A stretch of 16,873 bases of DNA from positions 1 through 16,873 of IMG/VR virus record IMGVR_UViG_3300030021_000029, one strand, 5' to 3'. The notes under the pieces are model-generated. The model searched no databases and was not told the DNA's origin. It was given only the letters and a program-made list of their open reading frames with translations. Positions 8,713 to 16,873 of the stretch are shown here, piece after piece (positions within the stretch are counted from its first letter, which is position 1; each line of letters begins with the position of its first letter). A program made the translations under genes and the position numbers. Origin of the DNA: a virus. Lineage: Duplodnaviria > Heunggongvirae > Uroviricota > Caudoviricetes.

Positions 8713-8847
8713 CTTAGCAAAAACGATCCTCAAACGATCATGCGATCTCATGCGGCATAGACATGCACTACAGAGCTAACGCCTCGCAAGGGCTCGTTGT
8801 TCAACCTTGCTGACGCCAGAAGCAAGTTCAGACGCCAGCAACGTTTC

Positions 8848-9081
8848 TTAATGCAGCCAGCTGTCGTCTTCCCACACCTTCTGCATAATTTTCATCACTT
8901 GTTTTCTTTCTTCGTCCAGTTGCAGTCCGGTTAGTTCCACCCCGTTAGAGCTACCTTTGCGAATGCGAATTACCGTTTTGGGATACAGGGGGCGCAGATT
9001 GCGGTAAAGCTCGGATTCAAGGGCGTCCAGGGTAGACTGGCTAATCTTCTGCTCTTTATCGATCATTATTTCAATGCGCAT
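8848..9081 (-). CDS. DinI-family protein
   Basis: 77 aa from ATG at 9081 (GAGGTG SD); MRIEIMIDKEQ...ALESEL...KIMQKVWEDDSWLH resembles E. coli DinI in length and pattern. Confidence 0.8.
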   Translation of the reverse strand: MRIEIMIDKEQKISQSTLDALESELYRNLRPLYPKTVIRIRKGSSNGVELTGLQLDEERKQVMKIMQKVWEDDSWLH

Positions 9082-9091
9082 AAAAGTCACC

Positions 9092-9280
9092 TCAGCTGAT
9101 GACATCCATTGAGCGGTTGTATTCGTGGGTTCTGATTTTTGCCATGAGTTCATCAGTCAATTCAGAAACCCACTGCAGAGCCAGCCCCTTCTCTTCATCA
9201 CTACACTCACTAGCCGCTACAAGCTTAAGAAAAAAATCAATGCGCTGGAGCTTCAAAGACTCCAAAAAATAGTCCTGCAT
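9092..9280 (-). CDS. Small hypothetical protein, first gene of SOS operon (possible Tum-like antirepressor)
   Basis: 62 aa from ATG at 9280 with strong AGGAGG SD; LexA boxes just upstream; function inferred only from the 186 tum locus position. Confidence 0.55.
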   Translation of the reverse strand: MQDYFLESLKLQRIDFFLKLVAASECSDEEKGLALQWVSELTDELMAKIRTHEYNRSMDVIS

Positions 9281-9307
9281 CTTTCCTCCTATGACACCAC
9301 ACGCAAT

Positions 9308-9341
9308 ACTGTATGTATAACCACTGTTTATATTTACAGTA
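9308..9341. promoter_or_regulatory. Tandem overlapping LexA (SOS) boxes in promoter of the DinI-like operon
   Basis: taCTGtatgtataacCAC (9307..9324, one mismatch to CTG-N10-CAG) overlapping aCTGtttatatttaCAGta (9323..9341); minus-strand -35 TTTACA and -10 TATACT candidates are adjacent. Confidence 0.65.
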
Positions 9342-9433
9342 TATAATAATCTTACTGATGTAAAACGTTTTTTTACGTTCATCAGCCTGATATGCCAGGT
9401 ATTATTAAGAGCACGAATTGTTAACCCGCGTAA

Positions 9434-11848
9434 TTAATACAGGTTCCGCCACTGATCATCTTCCTGCAAACGCTGGTTCCGATAGAAGATACGCAGGCCT
9501 GCTCCTGACGGAATACTGCCGCCGCGAAGGAGTAAATCGACCTCTTTCTCGCTGCCATCAAATCCTCTGGACTTCAGCTCATACACGAGCTGCAGTCGCT
9601 GATGGTCTGTAATTCGCTGTTTGTAGTCTTTACGCCGTTTCGGTTTCACCAGGCGTAACCTTGCTGCCAGTTCCCGGCGCTCTTTATTGCTCATACTGTG
9701 CAGGTAATCGTGCAACTCCTTGTCATCCATGCTGGTAATGTCCGTTCTGGGGTCCCCATCAGCTGATTTATCTTTCTCCTGTTGGTTCAAATTTTCAGCA
9801 AGGGGACAGTTATTGCCACGAGTCCAAGGGGCGCAAGCGCCCTGGTCGGCTGCCGCCTCCTGAACGTCAACGGCTTTACGAACCATTTTCCACTTCACTG
9901 CATGAGTGCAGATCTTGCCCTCTGCAATGGGTGACCAGATGCCATAAATACGAATGCCGTGATCGCCATAGGCGGTCGGCTCTTCGTTGATTTCATAAGC
10001 GGTTCTGATGAGGTGATATTTACGGGGAACCAGTACGCCGCCCTGCTTCATGATGTAGGTGGCAAAACAACCAGCATCAGCAGCAGCCAGAATGGCATCA
10101 AGACGCGGGTTATCCAGTACCGGCGCACCTGCTTTTTTGTCACCCTGTTGCCTTGCCGCCTGACCAGCCAGCAAGCGAAGTTCACGGTAAGCCTGACGCC
10201 CCGGAATACCAAAGAAGCGGAATTGCTGAACACGATGCAGAGACGCCCAGGCATTCACGTATTCAGCGTTATCACGCAGAGATTTACCCGTTTCCTTGCT
10301 GATCTCGCCAGCCAGACCACGCCCGTCAATGTTCTTACTGATATATTTCGCGATGTAGCTTGTCGGCGTTCCTTTGCGCGGGTTAATCAACTCAGACTTA
10401 AAGCGCGGCCCAGTGTTATTGCCCAGCTCCTCGCGGTCTTCACGGATGGCAAACTTACGCAGTAATGCAGTGATGGCACGGCGGTCTTTTTTGCGCATGA
10501 AACACAACAGGTGCCAGTGAACTGTGCCATCATGATGCGGCTCAGCCACCCGCACGCCATACCAGCGCAACCCAGCTTTGTGCATCGCCTTACGAAATGC
10601 AGCAAACATGCCGACCAGATAATCGCTGCTTTGTCTTACCGTCGCGTTTGTCCAGGTCGGGTTTGGTCTGCCGTTATTTAGCGTGGAATGGAAACGCGAC
10701 GGACAGGTGATAGTGTAGAAAACGGCGCAGTCACCGCGCATTTCCGCGATAAGCTCCAGACCTTTAACACAGGCCATCATCTCATTGCGGCGATGCGCAG
10801 GGTTGCTGCTGCTGGCGTTTACCACATCCTCCATGTCCAGCGTGTCGCCGTCTTCGTTCACCAGTTCATGAGAACGGAAAAACTCCAGCGACTTACGGCG
10901 CTGCTCACGTTTATGCATCACGGCTTCATAGCTGACATAAGGAGATGCTTTTTTGCTGACCAGGCAAACAGCGCGCAACTGCTCTTCCCGCCATTCGCAA
11001 CGCATCTTCCATAATTTCCGATACCACCAGTCGGCGCACAACATACGCGCCAGCGAACCCGGAATGAGTTCATAGGGCACGGGTTTACGGCGGTTTCTTT
11101 TCCGACGGAGTTGCTCAAACGCAGGTGGGATGACATCCAGACGCAGGGTTTCCGCTGCCACCTTTTCCCATGTCTTGCGGATTTCTTCTGGCTTAACGTC
11201 ATCGGTGGCATACAAATCACCACAAGCTGCATCAAGGCACATACTCATATGCGCAGCTACCAGGGTGGACAGGCGTTTCACCTGATCCTGACTCATTTCA
11301 GGCAGGATCAGCAGGCCGTCCAGCCCTTCATGGCTTGCCATAAAGCGAAAAGATGCAGATAGCTGACTGTCGCGTACATGCTCCAGTCGTTCCAGACATG
11401 GCTTAATCGTCTCACGTAAATAGCGGGAATAAGCCTTTGGCCTGCCCAGGCTGCTGAAGTATTCAATACGTTGCATCAGCGGCTTGCTGATATGGGAAGG
11501 CTGGGCGTTGACGTCCGCCAGAATGACCATGTCTGAATTAAAACGCTGCTGCTCATGCGCCAGCTTTGCCCGGCTAATGAGCTTATCCTGCTCCATTTCG
11601 CGCTGGACAGGATCACGTGATTCATTAAAGAAATAACGCTCCCAGACCTGATCACTCAGTGCCTCGCGGCGCAACTGTTCCTGTTCGTTATCGGCAGCGT
11701 ACAGAGTGATCAGGTTTGAAAGCGTAGAAACCGGCGCAACTTCCGCCGGGTCCAGATAAGGGTTAATGGCCTTTTTCGGGCTGTTCCATGAGAACGCTGC
11801 GGCAGCCTCGTTAAAGCCGCAGCAGTTGTTCATATCGGCATGACTCAT
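9434..11848 (-). CDS. A: Replication initiation protein gpA (rolling-circle HUH endonuclease)
   Basis: 804 aa; HUH-like motif (VHWHLL) and tyrosine pair ([12 protein letters not shown]) typical of phiX174/P2 A-type initiators. Confidence 0.9.
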   Translation of the reverse strand: MSHADMNNCCGFNEAAAAFSWNSPKKAINPYLDPAEVAPVSTLSNLITLYAADNEQEQLRREALSDQVWERYFFNESRDPVQREMEQDKLISRAKLAHEQQRFNSDMVILADVNAQPSHISKPLMQRIEYFSSLGRPKAYSRYLRETIKPCLERLEHVRDSQLSASFRFMASHEGLDGLLILPEMSQDQVKRLSTLVAAHMSMCLDAACGDLYATDDVKPEEIRKTWEKVAAETLRLDVIPPAFEQLRRKRNRRKPVPYELIPGSLARMLCADWWYRKLWKMRCEWREEQLRAVCLVSKKASPYVSYEAVMHKREQRRKSLEFFRSHELVNEDGDTLDMEDVVNASSSNPAHRRNEMMACVKGLELIAEMRGDCAVFYTITCPSRFHSTLNNGRPNPTWTNATVRQSSDYLVGMFAAFRKAMHKAGLRWYGVRVAEPHHDGTVHWHLLCFMRKKDRRAITALLRKFAIREDREELGNNTGPRFKSELINPRKGTPTSYIAKYISKNIDGRGLAGEISKETGKSLRDNAEYVNAWASLHRVQQFRFFGIPGRQAYRELRLLAGQAARQQGDKKAGAPVLDNPRLDAILAAADAGCFATYIMKQGGVLVPRKYHLIRTAYEINEEPTAYGDHGIRIYGIWSPIAEGKICTHAVKWKMVRKAVDVQEAAADQGACAPWTRGNNCPLAENLNQQEKDKSADGDPRTDITSMDDKELHDYLHSMSNKERRELAARLRLVKPKRRKDYKQRITDHQRLQLVYELKSRGFDGSEKEVDLLLRGGSIPSGAGLRIFYRNQRLQEDDQWRNLY

Positions 11849-12702
11849 GCACGTACTCCGTACACGGCAGAACTATCCACGCCACGCGAATAATCAAATC
11901 CCATCCAGCAGCGCGGTCCGGAAACAGCAATGATTTCTGTTGCTGATTTACCCTCGCCAGCTGCCACACCGATGCTGCGTTTTACCTTGATATAGTGGTG
12001 AGTAAAATTGCGATACAGCGAACGGATCAGGGATGTGTCACTGTTAGAAACAATGACCGGATGTCCTTCTGATGACCGATGTTCAAGAACGGATGCCAGG
12101 TGATACTGGTCATCTTCAGTGAAACCATCAGTGTGATAGCCGGAAAACGTACCGTCATATGGCGGATCGCAATACACCACATCTCCCGCCTTCAACATCG
12201 CCAGCGTTTCATCAAAGCTGGCGCAGATAAACGTTGCTCGCTGGGCTTTTTCTGCAAATGTGCGAAGTTCTTTTTCAGGGAAATACGGATTTTTATAATT
12301 ACCGTAGGGAATGTTGAAATGCCCGCTCTTGTTATAGCGACATAAACCACGGTAACCGTGACGATTGAGATACAGGAAATATACCGCTTTCATGAAATCA
12401 GTAATTTCAGTTGAGCAGTTAAACTCCTGCCTTATGTTGTAATAAGCCACCTCCCTGTTTGCGATCTCAAATAAAACTCTGGCGCGAGATATAAACGATT
12501 CACAATCAGCGGCAACCTTTTTATAGAGGTTGATTAAATCAGGATTAATATCCGCAACCAGATAGCTGGGATAATCCGTTTCCATCATCACAGCACAGGA
12601 ACCCGCGAAAGGTTCAACCAGTCGCGGGCCAGCAGGAAGGTATTTTTTCAGTTCTGGCATAATGGCGGTTTTATTTCCCGCCCATTTCAGGATAGTGCTC
12701 AT
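11845..12702 (-). CDS. dam: DNA adenine methyltransferase (Dam-like, N6-adenine)
   Basis: 285 aa from ATG at 12702 (GGAGGTG SD; ATGA overlap with upstream stop); ILKWAGNK...VEPFAGS and DPPY motifs; collinear similarity to E. coli Dam (from memory). Confidence 0.85.
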   Translation of the reverse strand: MSTILKWAGNKTAIMPELKKYLPAGPRLVEPFAGSCAVMMETDYPSYLVADINPDLINLYKKVAADCESFISRARVLFEIANREVAYYNIRQEFNCSTEITDFMKAVYFLYLNRHGYRGLCRYNKSGHFNIPYGNYKNPYFPEKELRTFAEKAQRATFICASFDETLAMLKAGDVVYCDPPYDGTFSGYHTDGFTEDDQYHLASVLEHRSSEGHPVIVSNSDTSLIRSLYRNFTHHYIKVKRSIGVAAGEGKSATEIIAVSGPRCWMGFDYSRGVDSSAVYGVRA

Positions 12703-12926
12703 ACAGCACCTCCGTTGTAATGTTTGCCTTTCAGTTCTGCGATTTCCTGACAGGTAATGCAAAGCTGCACTCCCGGAATGGCGCGGCGTCGTGCTGGCGG
12801 AATTGGCGCTTCACATTCAATGCAAAGTACGCGTGACACGCCCGGTGATTTGGCACGGGCTGCACGGATATGGCGCTGGCGTTCTTCTTCAACGCGCTGC
12901 TGTACAAGATCCATTGCATCAGCCAT
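12699..12926 (-). CDS. TraR/DksA-family C4 zinc-finger protein
   Basis: 75 aa; C-x2-C...C-x2-C (CIECEAP...LCITCQE). Confidence 0.7.
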   Translation of the reverse strand: MADAMDLVQQRVEEERQRHIRAARAKSPGVSRVLCIECEAPIPPARRRAIPGVQLCITCQEIAELKGKHYNGGAV

Positions 12927-13159
12927 TAGTGGATCTCCTGCGCTTCGTTCTGGATTGCTTCAGCAGTCACGCGCAGCAGTTCTGCCGCTTCCACGTGGTT
13001 TAGCTGGCGGGATGAGATATGACACGCCAGGCTATCAAGGCGAGCAGCCATTGCTTCAGCCCTTGCCCGGCGTTCTTCCAGACGAGCCTCTGTCAGTAAA
13101 ATATTAAGCCCTGCGTCATCCGGTCCGGTTTTAGTCGTGAGGGTTTCAATATTACGCAT
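12926..13159 (-). CDS. Hypothetical early protein
   Basis: 77 aa from ATG at 13159 with AGGAG SD (the track's 13165 start is TTG); Ala/Arg-rich, helical. Confidence 0.55.
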   Translation of the reverse strand: MRNIETLTTKTGPDDAGLNILLTEARLEERRARAEAMAARLDSLACHISSRQLNHVEAAELLRVTAEAIQNEAQEIH

Positions 13160-13226
13160 AATCAATTCTCCTGAATTTAGATAAAGGGATGCCCGGCGGG
13201 TTTACGCCATTAATTTCATTAGTTGG

Positions 13227-13568
13227 TTAATTCGGCATGGTTAGCCGTCTGGGAAATAAGCTCACCACTGCACGAAAATGATTCATTGCTTTAATCAGCT
13301 CCCGCTTTTCGTCAGTGGTCAGCTCATTAATGCTGATGCTATGACGTTCAGCTGGAATTTTTGCCATAAAGAATATGGCAGCCAGTGCCCGTTTATTTTG
13401 TTCGCTATTAATATCGCGTGGATCACGCATATCTTTAATAAACCGCTCAAGCTCTGACTCAATATTCAGACCAAAAACTTTCGCCCTTAACTCCGCAATG
13501 TGATTAAGTCCATTCAGGCGTTCACCGGGGCTTAATGGAACAGTCGCCGCAGCGCCATTAATTGCCAT
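13227..13568 (-). CDS. Hypothetical early protein
   Basis: 113 aa; ATG with GGGGA upstream; in the early rightward operon. Confidence 0.55.
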   Translation of the reverse strand: MAINGAAATVPLSPGERLNGLNHIAELRAKVFGLNIESELERFIKDMRDPRDINSEQNKRALAAIFFMAKIPAERHSISINELTTDEKRELIKAMNHFRAVVSLFPRRLTMPN

Positions 13569-13590
13569 AATTCATATCCCCAAAACGCAA

Positions 13591-13815
13591 CTATCGTTCT
13601 TTGTCCTTACGGTAACGTTCAAGAGGAGATACATTTTTTCGTATCGTCTCTTTAACCTGCTCTCCCCGTAAAAACGTCCCATCCTTTAGCGTGAAAAAGT
13701 AACTGCCATCGCCCGACAACGACGGATAACAACAGAGCAAATCATCTTCAGGTACTGAATAACTCTCCCCTCTGTAACGAAACTGATAAACCACTTCACT
13801 TTCCGCTGCATACAT
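13591..13815 (-). CDS. Hypothetical early protein (74 aa)
   Basis: ATG at 13815, GGAG upstream; protein-like composition; overlaps next ORF in a different frame. Confidence 0.5.
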   Translation of the reverse strand: MYAAESEVVYQFRYRGESYSVPEDDLLCCYPSLSGDGSYFFTLKDGTFLRGEQVKETIRKNVSPLERYRKDKER

Positions 13816-13982
13816 TTTGACTTTCTCCGTTTCCTCGTGGTCAATTCAGACAACAATTCATCTTGTGAATGACATGGATGCCAGCGTTTTCCATCCTCAC
13901 CCATGATCCAGCCGTGACCGTAGTGCATTGCCGGACTTTGCTTTACCAGCAGCGATGCAAATGATGGTTCTTTCGTCAGCAT
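13686..13982 (-). CDS. Hypothetical early protein, extent uncertain
   Basis: ATG at 13982 with GAGGTG SD just after cII; its 3' 130 nt overlap ORF 13591..13815 out of frame and translate to low-quality sequence. Confidence 0.3.
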   Translation of the reverse strand: MLTKEPSFASLLVKQSPAMHYGHGWIMGEDGKRWHPCHSQDELLSELTTRKRRKSKCMQRKVKWFISFVTEGRVIQYLKMICSVVIRRCRAMAVTFSR

Positions 13983-13989
13983 AAGCACC

Positions 13990-14499
13990 TCACAGCAAAC
14001 CGAATGAAGCACCGAGGCCAGTCACGGTATCAACTGCACTCGCCATCGCAGGGTTAGCCTGTAAACGGGCCTGCAATGAAACAGCAGCCAACGCCATCAG
14101 TCGTGTTACAGAGTTAATGCTGCTGATAGCATCACGACGACCTGCACTGGTTTTTACATCGCCAGATACCGCACCTGCAGCAACACGCCCGATCTCTGCG
14201 GTTGCACTCATGACGTAATGTGGCAGTTTCTCTTTTGCCACCTCATTAATCGGTACGCATGGCAGGCAGTGAATCTGAGCCAGAAAACCATCTACCAGCG
14301 TTGAATCTTCAGTCAGATCGGTAAGCAGCCAGATTTCTGGTGCGGTTAATAAATGAGGTTGAGCTGGGTTCAGCTTGTTCCGCAGAATCTGCACATTCAT
14401 GCCAGCACGTTCTGCCAGTTGCACCAGGTTGTGGCGCAATGCGAATGCACGACAGGCTTCATCAAAATGTGGATGTTTGGAAACTTGGTAATCAAACAT
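13990..14499 (-). CDS. cII: CII-like lysogeny-establishment regulator (phage 186 type)
   Basis: 169 aa from ATG at 14499 (track start 14505 is TTG); N-terminus [19 protein letters not shown] matches my recollection of 186 CII; follows apl. Confidence 0.8.
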   Translation of the reverse strand: MFDYQVSKHPHFDEACRAFALRHNLVQLAERAGMNVQILRNKLNPAQPHLLTAPEIWLLTDLTEDSTLVDGFLAQIHCLPCVPINEVAKEKLPHYVMSATAEIGRVAAGAVSGDVKTSAGRRDAISSINSVTRLMALAAVSLQARLQANPAMASAVDTVTGLGASFGLL

Positions 14500-14531
14500 G
14501 GTCAATGCCTCTGATGTATCTCAGAATCGAA

Positions 14532-14753
14532 CTAATTAAGGTTTAGATTGCATTCTGAAAGCGCATCAACGGTCATTGCTGCTATGTTGATCATCACTTT
14601 TTCGCGTTTTTTATCTTTGCGCAGACGGTGACGGATAAGGCGTCCATCAGCCAACATGTCATTGATGGTATCGATGGATAGCCCTGTCAGCTCGCTATAG
14701 CGTTCAATAGTCACATGAGGCGTGGTAAGAGTGATTGAAATGTTAGGTCTCAT
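14532..14753 (-). CDS. apl: Apl/Cox-like excisionase and lytic-promoter repressor
   Basis: 73 aa; HTH-like ([21 protein letters not shown]); first gene of the early lytic operon, divergent from cI. Confidence 0.7.
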   Translation of the reverse strand: MRPNISITLTTPHVTIERYSELTGLSIDTINDMLADGRLIRHRLRKDKKREKVMINIAAMTVDALSECNLNLN

Positions 14754-14825
14754 GATGCAACATTCCTCGTTTAATGATGATTAATCAGGACGAATACGGA
14801 TCGTTTGTATTTTGTGAACACCATA

Positions 14826-14854
14826 AACATACGATCGCACATTGAAATCGTCAA
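14826..14854 (-). promoter_or_regulatory. Candidate early lytic promoter (pR-like) for apl-cII
   Basis: Minus strand reads TTGACG - 17 nt - TATGTT; sits near the cI start and points toward apl. Confidence 0.45.
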
Positions 14855-14878
14855 GATAAAAGTTCACTTGGAGTGACC

Positions 14879-15448
14879 ATGAATTTGGAGAAAGGCGGAC
14901 GAGGCGCTATAGAGCGCATGGTAGAAGCTTATGGATTCAAGACTCGACAGGCGTTGTGCGATCATTTAGGAATCTCTAAAAGTACACTCGCCACACGCTA
15001 CATGCGTGACTCATTCCCAGCAGAATGGGTAATCCAGTGCGCCCTTGAAACAGGCACCTCGCTTAATTGGCTCACAACCGGGCATGGTTCAAAGCAAACT
15101 TCAGGTAATACAAATACTATGGAAGTTGCTAAATATGTATTATCTGATGGTGCCTTGCGTGAAGACGGTTTTTATATTTTTGATAAGGGATTTCTACCCT
15201 CTACGTTTAAAAAACCTTTTGTCATCACAGATAACAATTCTGAATTTATTTGTGATAAAGAATTTGATGATATACGTGATGGTAAATGGGTAATAAGTAT
15301 TGATGGCGAAATAACAATCCGCGACATTACTCGTTTACCCGGTGGAAGAATCTTCGTTGAAGGTGGAAACAGAGCCTTCGAGTGCAAGATAGAAGATGTT
15401 GAAATAATTGGAAAAATTATAAGTTTAACAATTAAGTACGTTAGGTAA
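14879..15448 (+). CDS. cI: CI-like immunity repressor (186 type, HTH N-terminal domain)
   Basis: 189 aa from ATG at 14879 (GGAG SD; the track's 14873 start is GTG); HTH (TRQALCDHLGISKSTLATRYM); size fits 186 CI (about 192 aa), not P2 C (99 aa). Confidence 0.75.
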   Translation: MNLEKGGRGAIERMVEAYGFKTRQALCDHLGISKSTLATRYMRDSFPAEWVIQCALETGTSLNWLTTGHGSKQTSGNTNTMEVAKYVLSDGALREDGFYIFDKGFLPSTFKKPFVITDNNSEFICDKEFDDIRDGKWVISIDGEITIRDITRLPGGRIFVEGGNRAFECKIEDVEIIGKIISLTIKYVR

Positions 15449-15463
15449 TACCGGGAGGAAACT

Positions 15464-15655
15464 ATGCTTGGTAAGGTATTTTTTGTGGTTTTATCATGCT
15501 CTTTGTTATTAAACCCACTAACTACCTATGCTAAAAATTATCCTTGTTCTGGGAAAAAAGGAGGTGTCTCTCACTGTACCTCCGATGGAAAGTTCGTTTG
15601 CAATGATGGAACTATTAGTAAATCAAAAAAAATCTGTACTAAAAACTCGCGATAA
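15464..15655 (+). CDS. Small secreted Cys-rich protein (moron)
   Basis: 63 aa; strong GGGAGGA SD; N-terminal signal peptide ([19 protein letters not shown]), mature about 40 aa with 4 Cys and many Lys; AT-rich. Confidence 0.55.
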   Translation: MLGKVFFVVLSCSLLLNPLTTYAKNYPCSGKKGGVSHCTSDGKFVCNDGTISKSKKICTKNSR

Positions 15656-15788
15656 ATTTTGCTTTTATATCTGCGCCTAATATAACAATGAGCCGCAGGC
15701 TAACCGCAAAAGTCACATGCTCACATAGCAAAAAATAGCCAACTTCATTATGGCTTCAGTGAGATGTATGGTCACAGGATTTCATACA

Positions 15789-15817
15789 TTGACACTGGTT
15801 ATACATACAGTAAAAAT
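15789..15817 (+). promoter_or_regulatory. Candidate LexA-repressed promoter upstream of int
   Basis: Perfect -35 TTGACA (15789..15794), 16-17 nt spacer holding a full CTG-N10-CAG LexA box (15795..15810), weak -10 (TAAAAA/AAAAAT), then GGAGG and int ATG at 15842. Confidence 0.4.
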
Positions 15818-15841
15818 GCTCTCCACTGGAGGGCATTTTTT

Positions 15842-16873
15842 ATGGCAGTACGAAAACTCACCACAGGAAAATGGCTTTGCGAATGTTACCCCGCCGGACG
15901 TAGTGGGCGTCGTGTGCGTAAACAATTCGCCACCAAAGGTGAAGCTCTGGCTTTTGAGCGTCACACGATGGAAGAAACCGAAGCAAAGCCCTGGCTGGGT
16001 GAATCAGTGGATCGTCGAACACTGAAAGACGTGGTTGAGCTATGGTTCAAACTACATGGTAAATCTCTGACAGCTGGGCAGCATGTCTATGACAAATTGC
16101 TGTTGATAGTTGACGCTCTGGGCAATCCCCTTGCAACCGATCTCACCTCTAAAATGTTTGCCCACTATCGAGATAAACGCCTAACAGGAGAGATCTACTT
16201 CAGCGAGAAATGGAAGAAAGGAGCAAGCCCGGTCACCATTAACCTGGAGCAAAGCTATCTAAGTAGTGTTTTTAGCGAACTATCCCGCCTGGGCGAATGG
16301 TCGTATCCAAACCCACTGGAGAACATGCGAAAATTCACCATCGCAGAAAAAGAGATGGCATGGCTTACCCATGAGCAGATTGTTGAACTGCTGGCTGATT
16401 GCAAACGTCAGGACCCAATTCTGGCTCTGGTAGTCAAAATATGCTTAAGCACAGGCGCACGCTGGCGAGAAGCCGTAAATCTTACCCGCTCACAGGTGAC
16501 CAAATACCGAATTACCTTTGTAAGAACGAAGGGGAAGAAAAACAGAAGCATCCCTATCAGTAAAGAGCTTTACGAAGAGATCATGGCGCTTGATGGGTTC
16601 AATTTCTTTACAGACTGCTATTTTCAATTTTTATCCGTGATGGAAAAAACGTCTATCGTGCTCCCTCGCGGTCAACTGACACACGTTCTGCGCCATACGT
16701 TTGCGGCGCACTTCATGATGTCGGGTGGAAATATCCTGGCCTTACAAAAAATTCTCGGGCATCACGATATAAAAATGACTATGCGTTACGCACATCTGGC
16801 ACCGGATCACCTGGAAACTGCATTACGGTTTAATCCGCTGGCAACACTACCAACATCAATAGCAAGTTTTTGA
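15842..16873 (+). CDS. int: Tyrosine integrase (P2/186 family)
   Basis: 343 aa from ATG at 15842 (MAVRKLTTGKWLCECYPAGRSGRRVRKQF); C-terminal LRHTFAAH...HHDIKMTMRYAHL recombinase motifs; stop is the last codon in the window. Confidence 0.85.
   Translation: MAVRKLTTGKWLCECYPAGRSGRRVRKQFATKGEALAFERHTMEETEAKPWLGESVDRRTLKDVVELWFKLHGKSLTAGQHVYDKLLLIVDALGNPLATDLTSKMFAHYRDKRLTGEIYFSEKWKKGASPVTINLEQSYLSSVFSELSRLGEWSYPNPLENMRKFTIAEKEMAWLTHEQIVELLADCKRQDPILALVVKICLSTGARWREAVNLTRSQVTKYRITFVRTKGKKNRSIPISKELYEEIMALDGFNFFTDCYFQFLSVMEKTSIVLPRGQLTHVLRHTFAAHFMMSGGNILALQKILGHHDIKMTMRYAHLAPDHLETALRFNPLATLPTSIASF

Noticed and set aside
9281-9382. Longer 96-aa version of the first SOS-operon gene
   Set aside because: It would put the LexA boxes and promoter inside the coding region; the internal ATG at 9280 has a near-perfect SD.
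9959-11362. Plus-strand and short ORFs inside gene A (9959..10465, 10688..11014, 11111..11362 and others)
   Set aside because: Embedded antisense or out of frame within the 804-aa replication gene; no start signals.
15656-15763. Possible terminator after the secreted-peptide gene
   Set aside because: No convincing GC-rich stem followed by a T-tract; CTCCAcTGGAG is too short and weak.
15764-15841. Longer integrase ORF starting at 15764
   Set aside because: The extension has no SD and contains the TTGACA/LexA-box promoter; ATG at 15842 has GGAGG and gives a P2-Int-like N-terminus.
1-16873. CRISPR arrays, tRNA/rRNA genes, insertion sequences
   Set aside because: No direct-repeat/spacer periodicity, no tRNA-like cloverleaf region and no transposase-like ORF or terminal inverted repeats seen; the attachment site is outside the window.

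Overview
This window is most of the 'early/immunity + cos + head/lysis' half of an integrated P2/186-like (peduovirus-type) temperate phage, in reverse orientation relative to the usual virion map. Right to left: tyrosine integrase, a small secreted Cys-rich moron, a 186-type CI repressor facing Apl/CII, several small early genes, a TraR/DksA-like zinc finger, a Dam-like adenine methyltransferase, the rolling-circle replication initiator gpA, a LexA-box-controlled small-protein + DinI-like operon, a candidate cos site, an AT-rich two-gene cassette, then portal (Q) and large terminase (P) divergent from scaffold (O), capsid (N), small terminase (M), head completion (L), tail X, holin, SAR-type endolysin, LysA, LysB/LysC spanins and the start of tail-completion gene R. 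cos lying internally between gpA and the portal fits a prophage permuted by integration next to int (the attachment site is outside the window). The candidates for something undescribed are the AT-rich two-gene cassette between cos and the portal gene, the secreted Cys-rich peptide in the lysogenic cI-int unit, and a possible SOS-repressed promoter directly in front of int. All homology calls are from reading the translations and from recalled family knowledge; no database search was run.
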